In this document: positions 58,567 to 64,000 of the stretch, piece by piece
Position numbering within the stretch: position 1 is the stretch's first letter
How the letters are laid out: each line of letters begins with the position of its first letter
Assembly (NCBI GenBank): GCA_964022095.1
Contig: CAXHZO010000012.1
Coordinates: 1-64,000 of the forward strand
Length of the DNA: 64,000 bases
Origin: an uncultured Arcobacteraceae bacterium
Lineage (GTDB): Bacteria; Campylobacterota; Campylobacteria; Campylobacterales; Arcobacteraceae
Reading direction: 5' to 3'
Made by a program: the position numbers and the translations under genes
Notes under the pieces: model-generated
The model's input: the letters and a program-made list of their open reading frames with translations, nothing else
The model's database searches: none
What the model was told of the DNA's origin: nothing

Positions 58567-58914
58567 ATGGAACAATTACCAAACTGTCCAAAATGTGGAA
58601 GTGAATACACTTATGAAGATGGAGATTTATTTATCTGCCCTGAGTGTGCACATGAGTGGTCACAAGATTCATCTTTAGAAGCAGATGATGATACTTTAGT
58701 AGTAAAAGATGCAAATGGAACATTACTACAAGATGGAGATGATGTAACAGTTATTAAAGACTTAAAAGTTAAAGGTAGTTCTTCTGGTATAAAAGTTGGT
58801 ACTAAAATTAAAGGTATTAGGTTAGTTGATGGTCATGATGGTCATAACATCGATTGTAAAGTTCCAGGTGTTGGAGCTATTAAGTTAAAACAAGAGTTTG
58901 TTAAAAAGTCTTAA
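58567..58914 (+). CDS. Zinc-ribbon protein YjdM/PhnA family
   Basis: [12 protein letters not shown]...[29 protein letters not shown]. Confidence 0.95.
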   Translation: MEQLPNCPKCGSEYTYEDGDLFICPECAHEWSQDSSLEADDDTLVVKDANGTLLQDGDDVTVIKDLKVKGSSSGIKVGTKIKGIRLVDGHDGHNIDCKVPGVGAIKLKQEFVKKS

Positions 58915-58916
58915 TT

Positions 58917-59753
58917 ATGAAATATCTAATTTCCAATGAAAATATTAAAGTACCTAATATGATTTATGGTACTGCTTGGAAAAAAGATAATACAACACAC
59001 CTAGTTAAAACTGCTATTAAAAGTGGTTTTAAAGGTGTAGATACTGCATGTCAACCTAGGCACTATCAAGAAGATTTAGTAGGAATTGCACTAAAAGAGT
59101 GTTTTGATGAGGGTATTTTACGTAATGATATTTTCATCCAAACAAAGTTTACTCCTCTTAGTGGGCAAGATCAAAATAACATGCCATATAAGGTAACTGA
59201 TAGTTTAAAAGAGCAAGTTCAAAAATCATTTGAAAAATCAAAGAAAAATTTAAATTTACAGTATATAGATTCGTACATTCTTCATACTCCAATATTACCT
59301 ATAGCACATACTTTAACAGTATGGGAACAAATGCAAGAGTTTTATTATAATAGAGAAATAGGACAATTGGGAATTTCGAACTGTTATGATTTAGAAACAC
59401 TTCAATATTTATACAATAATTCAGATATTAAACCTTCAGTAGTTCAAAATAGGTTTTATAATCATACTAACTATGATAAGGATATTAGAATTTGGTGTAA
59501 TGAAAATGGAATTATTTATCAAAGTTTCTGGTCACTGACTGCTAATCCACATTTATTAAATAGTAATATAATTAAAAATTTATCTTCAAAATATAAAAAA
59601 ACTGTTGAGCAAGTTTTCTATAAATATTTAAATAGTATTAATATTATTCCTCTAAATGGAACAACATCAAAAGAACATATGAAGAAAGATTTAGATTTAG
59701 ATAGTTTTGAGTTACCCCAAAATGAAGTTGATTTAATCAATGAAATTTTGTAA
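58917..59753 (+). CDS. Aldo/keto reductase
   Basis: YGTAWK, GFKGVDTA...Y, QTKF, LGISN, VVQNRFY. Confidence 0.9.
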   Translation: MKYLISNENIKVPNMIYGTAWKKDNTTHLVKTAIKSGFKGVDTACQPRHYQEDLVGIALKECFDEGILRNDIFIQTKFTPLSGQDQNNMPYKVTDSLKEQVQKSFEKSKKNLNLQYIDSYILHTPILPIAHTLTVWEQMQEFYYNREIGQLGISNCYDLETLQYLYNNSDIKPSVVQNRFYNHTNYDKDIRIWCNENGIIYQSFWSLTANPHLLNSNIIKNLSSKYKKTVEQVFYKYLNSINIIPLNGTTSKEHMKKDLDLDSFELPQNEVDLINEIL

Positions 59754-59763
59754 GATAGAAAAT

Positions 59764-60495
59764 CTATCTTACGTCTATTCCATATTTCTTTAAAATATTA
59801 ACCCAAACAATTTTATTTCCTTTTGGATCAAACATTGCAGGTGTTCCTTGAACTCCCATTTGTAGTGCTAATTCAATATTTTCATCTAATTTTTTAGTTA
59901 GTTTTTCTTTTTCACCAGCTTTAAACTTATGATTTTTAAACTTATCATCTTTTGCAGTTACATTTAGCATCGCATTAACTTTATCTTGTGGTGTTTTTTG
60001 ACTCATTACATATAAAGATAAGTCATATGCATTTTTATGAAAATCAAGAGGATAATAGAAAACTCTAATTTTTACTTTATCTTCAATTTGAGGGAAATAT
60101 GACTCAAACTTTCTACAATAAGGACACTCAGGATCAGTAAATAGAATATATTCATCACTTCCTGTCCCAAATGTGAAGGCTTCTTTTCCTTTTAATATTG
60201 AAACATCAACTGGCATTGATAATGGCATACCATTATTAACATCTAATACGTCACCTGAAATTAAATATTTTTTATCTTTTGATAAATAGATTGTATCAAC
60301 TGCATTTTGAGCTTTGATATTTAAAATATATAAAGAATCAGCATCGATACCTTTTGTAATAGAAATTCCAGATTTTTTAAAGATATTTAGTTCTTCCATC
60401 TTCTTAATATCTGATTTTGATAATTCACTTTGTGCAAATAATGTACTTGCAAGTAAAGTTGAGCCTATTACTAATTTTTTTGTATTATTAAACAT
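59764..60495 (-). CDS. DsbC-family thiol:disulfide interchange protein
   Basis: Signal peptide, FTDPECPYC, GVQGTP. Confidence 0.9.
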   Translation of the reverse strand: MFNNTKKLVIGSTLLASTLFAQSELSKSDIKKMEELNIFKKSGISITKGIDADSLYILNIKAQNAVDTIYLSKDKKYLISGDVLDVNNGMPLSMPVDVSILKGKEAFTFGTGSDEYILFTDPECPYCRKFESYFPQIEDKVKIRVFYYPLDFHKNAYDLSLYVMSQKTPQDKVNAMLNVTAKDDKFKNHKFKAGEKEKLTKKLDENIELALQMGVQGTPAMFDPKGNKIVWVNILKKYGIDVR

Positions 60496-60554
60496 TTATT
60501 ATCCTATTGAAAATTTATATTATGATACTATTTAATTGTTAACCAAACGTAAAA

Positions 60555-61712
60555 TCAAATATTTTTTAATTGTTCTTTCATATTTTTAGCTGCAAGTGCA
60601 TACCCACCATTTGAAGAATCTACAAAATGAATATGTTTTCCGTGCCTTTCAAATATTATGCAAGTCATTAAAGCTGAATCAGTTTTATGAATACCATAAA
60701 CTATATTGTTCTTTTTAAACTCTTCTTCTAAATACTCTTCAAGTTTTTTTGTAGAGTCTTTATTTAATGATACTACCATTCTAATCATATCATCAAATTT
60801 TTCAGTGTCTGTTGTTCTTAGAATTCTATTTTTATAATCAGACCACTGTCCTGAATCTTTTTTCATTAAAAAGTACCCAATTGTATTTTCTAATATCATT
60901 TGGGAAAATTTAAATATTTTTTGAAAAAAGTTATTAGAAAATAGTGAAGCTTCTGCATTTAGTTCCATTAGGTTATAACTTAGACTTAAATTTGAACTAT
61001 CTAAAATAGGGTGTCTTAAGTCATAAGAACCTGTTATGTCTTCTATTGATTTAATTATATTTTTATAAATAAGTTTTGAACTATCATCATCTTTTATAGC
61101 TTTAATTAATATAGATAAAGTTTCATCTTTTGGTGAAGGAATATTTTGCCATCTACACTCTAAGCCATCAAAGCTAGAGATATATTCTGATTCAAACTCA
61201 TCTTTAATTGCATATTTCTCTTCATCTTTTTTTAGTAGTTCTTCTGCTAGTTCTAAACCATTTCCTCTAATAATTGCTTGTGAATGTTCTTTAGATAAGG
61301 ATAGTTTAGAAATTTCAATTTTAGTTCCATTCTCTTTTAACTCTTTTACACTTATAATTCCAATTCTAAGCTCTAAATCATAACTTTCTTTGGCTTTTTT
61401 TTGTGAATCAATTAAAACTTTTTTAGCTTCGCTGATTATAGAATTTGGTATCAAAACACTAGCTCCATCTCCACCAAAAGAAAATGGTAAATCAAGCTTT
61501 CTATTTATATTCAACACTCCAATAATAAGGAGTGATGCTACAAAGTTTACTTGTTTGTACATACCAGATTCAATAGATTTTGTAGAGTTTTTTATATCAC
61601 TAACTACTACACACCAATCATCAGGTACTTCTATAAAGTACTTATCTTCAGTGATTTGTGAAAAACTTGTAAAGGTGTTTAAATTTTTATAAAAATCTAT
61701 TGTATTTTTCAT
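60555..61712 (-). CDS. DUF3095 family protein
   Basis: VPDDW...SDI..ST..I..G.YK.VN, FGGDGA, GLECRW, KFDD, HFVD...GGYA.AA. Confidence 0.88.
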   Translation of the reverse strand: MKNTIDFYKNLNTFTSFSQITEDKYFIEVPDDWCVVVSDIKNSTKSIESGMYKQVNFVASLLIIGVLNINRKLDLPFSFGGDGASVLIPNSIISEAKKVLIDSQKKAKESYDLELRIGIISVKELKENGTKIEISKLSLSKEHSQAIIRGNGLELAEELLKKDEEKYAIKDEFESEYISSFDGLECRWQNIPSPKDETLSILIKAIKDDDSSKLIYKNIIKSIEDITGSYDLRHPILDSSNLSLSYNLMELNAEASLFSNNFFQKIFKFSQMILENTIGYFLMKKDSGQWSDYKNRILRTTDTEKFDDMIRMVVSLNKDSTKKLEEYLEEEFKKNNIVYGIHKTDSALMTCIIFERHGKHIHFVDSSNGGYALAAKNMKEQLKNI

Positions 61713-62608
61713 GTTATAAACTCAAATATTATTGCAGTTGTTAAAAATGATATTAAAATACCATAACCAACAATTGCTGAACTAAGTCTAGGCGCAAGTC
61801 CTGCCATTGATGCAATTGCACCAGCTGTAATCATAGGAGCCATTCCAGCTTCCATAATAGATACTATTGAAGCTTGATTATTCCATCCGAAAATAAAACA
61901 TATCCCAAAAGCAATTAATGGTGCAATAATAAGTTTTATACTCAAAGCAACACTAAAAGGCTTTATATCTTCTTTTTGTAATTTTAGTTGTAGTTGTAAT
62001 CCAACTGCGACTAAAGCAATAGGAACTATTGTACTAGAAAAAGCTTCTAAAACCTTTGAAATAGTCTCATTAAACTCTACCCCAATTAAAAAAAGTGCAA
62101 TTAGAAGTGAAATGAAAGGAGGAAAAGTTAGAACTTTTACTAAAATTATTTTAAAACTTAGTTCACTTTTATTAGAGTAATACGAAGCAATAAATGTTCC
62201 ATAAGTAGCAAGAGCTATAAAAGTACCAAGTTGATCATAAACCAAAACGTAAGGTAGCGCAGAATCTCCCATATAGGCATTTAGTATTGGAATACCCATA
62301 AATGATGAGTTTGTTAAAATAGATACTAAAAGAAGAGAACCTGTAATTTCCCTTGAGAAATTAAAAAATTTACTAAGCCCTAAGACAATAAATACACTAA
62401 TAGTCATTACTAACCATGATACAACTATGGGAATAATTGCATCTACTGAGAAGTTTAATTTTGGTATTTGTAATAGTATCATTGCTGGTAAAGATATATA
62501 TATTACAAATAAGTTAAGTATTGCAGGTGCTTCTTTTGAAAATATTTTTAATCTATTAAGGCCATAACCTATTGTTATGGCTAAAAGTATTAATATGAAA
62601 TTTTCCAT
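61709..62608 (-). CDS. AEC family transporter
   Basis: ISLPA, NSSFMGIP, YDQLG, EAGMAPM. Confidence 0.9.
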   Translation of the reverse strand: MENFILILLAITIGYGLNRLKIFSKEAPAILNLFVIYISLPAMILLQIPKLNFSVDAIIPIVVSWLVMTISVFIVLGLSKFFNFSREITGSLLLVSILTNSSFMGIPILNAYMGDSALPYVLVYDQLGTFIALATYGTFIASYYSNKSELSFKIILVKVLTFPPFISLLIALFLIGVEFNETISKVLEAFSSTIVPIALVAVGLQLQLKLQKEDIKPFSVALSIKLIIAPLIAFGICFIFGWNNQASIVSIMEAGMAPMITAGAIASMAGLAPRLSSAIVGYGILISFLTTAIIFEFIT

Positions 62609-62626
62609 ATAATTTCTTATATATTA

Positions 62627-62989
62627 TTATTTCGTATCACACTGAATTTCTCCAGTTATTGAGCCAAACTCTTCAACATAATCTATCCCCCATTTGTACA
62701 TTTCATCTAAAATAGGTTTTAATCTTTTTCCTGCACTACTTAAAGAGTAAACAACTTTTGGAGGAACTTGGGCAAATACTTCTCTTACTATAATATTTTT
62801 TTCCTCTAATTCTTTTAATTTTATTGTTAAAGTTTTTTGTGTAATTTCACTAATCTCATGATGTAAATCTTTGAATCTTTTATCTCCATCAAGTAAGTGC
62901 CAAATAATTGCTAATTTCCATCTATCATTAAATATATCTAATGTTACAGAGACTGAACATTTGTACTCTTTATCATTTATTATATACAT
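62627..62989 (-). CDS. HxlR-family winged-helix regulator
   Basis: C.V.VTLDI...RWKLAII..L...KRF, L...LKELE, VPPKVVYSL. Confidence 0.93.
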   Translation of the reverse strand: MYIINDKEYKCSVSVTLDIFNDRWKLAIIWHLLDGDKRFKDLHHEISEITQKTLTIKLKELEEKNIIVREVFAQVPPKVVYSLSSAGKRLKPILDEMYKWGIDYVEEFGSITGEIQCDTK

Positions 62990-63039
62990 TATTAAATCCT
63001 TTATTAATTAAATTATATCATAAAAGAATTAAATTCTTA

Positions 63040-63061
63040 TTACTTACCTAAAGTAAAGTAA
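63040..63061. promoter_or_regulatory. Possible HxlR-type operator
   Basis: Imperfect palindrome TTACTTAC-CTAAA-GTAAAGTAA between the divergent hxlR-like and mdaB-like genes. Confidence 0.4.
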
Positions 63062-63112
63062 GAGAAAATTAAGTTTATAGAGATTATAATTTTCATCTTA
63101 AAAGGAGTTAAT

Positions 63113-63700
63113 TTGAAAAATGTATTAATAATTAATGGTCATCAATACTATGAAAATATTGCAGAAGGGAATTTAACAAATAGTATTATTGAAAAAACTA
63201 AATATTTTTTAGAACAAAATAATTTTAATGTAAAAATTTCAAATATTGATAAAGGGTTTGATAAAAAAGAAGAGGGTGATAATCTGTTATGGGCAAATTA
63301 TGTAATCTTACAATATCCAGTTTACTGGATGGGACTTCCATGGATTACAAAAAAATATTTTGATGAAGTTTTAGCTCAAGGTGTACATTATTTAAGTGAT
63401 GGAAGAAGTAGAACTGATAGCTCTAAACTTTATGGAAGCGGAGGACTACTAAAAGGAAAGTATATGCTATCTTTAACATATAACTGTCCAGAAAGTGAGT
63501 TTGGAGATATAGAAGGTTTTTTTGAGGGTTTAACTCTTGATCAAGCTAATATTGCAACTCATAAAATATTTCAGTTTTTAGGTTTACAGAAGATGAAAAG
63601 CTTCAGTATTCATGATATATTTAAAGGAAATTTAGATATAAATATTGAAATGAAAAAATTAGAAAATAGATTAAAAGAAAACTTTAACATTGGAGAATAA
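63113..63700 (+). CDS. mdaB: NAD(P)H-dependent quinone oxidoreductase (MdaB-like)
   Basis: LIING, QYPVYWMGLPW..KKY.DEV, DGRSR...YGSGGL, YMLSLTYN.P. Confidence 0.85.
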   Translation: MKNVLIINGHQYYENIAEGNLTNSIIEKTKYFLEQNNFNVKISNIDKGFDKKEEGDNLLWANYVILQYPVYWMGLPWITKKYFDEVLAQGVHYLSDGRSRTDSSKLYGSGGLLKGKYMLSLTYNCPESEFGDIEGFFEGLTLDQANIATHKIFQFLGLQKMKSFSIHDIFKGNLDINIEMKKLENRLKENFNIGE

Positions 63701-63702
63701 AT

Positions 63703-64000
63703 ATGGACAAAACATTTATGGAAGCTATGGATTTTAGACATGCTTGTAAGATTTTCGATGAAAATAAGAAAATATCAGATGAAGATATGGATTTTATTTT
63801 AGAAACAGGTGTAAAATCACCTAGTTCTTTTGGTCAAGAGCCTTGGAAGTTTCTAGTTATAACTAATGAAGAGTTAAAAGCTAAAATTAGGCCATTTTGT
63901 TGGGATCAACCACAAATTACTACATGTTCACATCTGGTAATAATTTTAGCCGCTATTGATGCTGTTAGACCCGAATCTGGTTTAGTTGAGAAAAAATTAG
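63703..64000 (+). CDS. Nitroreductase-family oxidoreductase (partial, runs off the window)
   Basis: MDFRHACKIFD...SPSSFGQEPWKFLVI; frame open to the window end; not in the ORF track. Confidence 0.9.
   Translation, partial: MDKTFMEAMDFRHACKIFDENKKISDEDMDFILETGVKSPSSFGQEPWKFLVITNEELKAKIRPFCWDQPQITTCSHLVIILAAIDAVRPESGLVEKKL

Overview
AT-rich chromosomal window, most likely from an Arcobacteraceae (Campylobacterota) genome. This is inferred from the aroB-mscS-mtaB-ftsH2-bioV-mog-mutS2 gene order and the protein styles. It has four accessory blocks around core or housekeeping genes. (1) 1-2012 is the right-hand tail of an IS256-type cargo element carrying lysR and an AEC transporter. (2) ~2200-19850 is an integrative mobilizable island. 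It encodes a phage-type replication initiator with an internal origin-like array, trbJ-eex-trbL (frameshifted and fused to traJ) and a MOBP relaxase. These are followed by a tripartite hipB-hipS-hipT-like toxin-antitoxin (TA) locus with three operators and an sbcD-sbcC-Gabija(gajAB)-DUF2779' operon. (3) 38247-43061, behind dapE, holds a HEPN/MNT pair and a 1364-aa STAND/NACHT NTPase with a C-terminal PD-(D/E)XK-type nuclease, a candidate anti-phage system. (4) 51791-55334 is a complete 3.5-kb element with IS256-type inverted repeats and an exact 8-bp target duplication (TGAGGTTT), a dead transposase and unrelated cargo genes. Its first 100 bp match the element end at 1913-2012 at 80/100 positions with no gaps. 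This suggests a family of IS256-derived cargo carriers whose cargo changes just inside a conserved subterminal site. No rRNA, tRNA or CRISPR array was seen. All family calls come from motif recognition by eye, not database searches.
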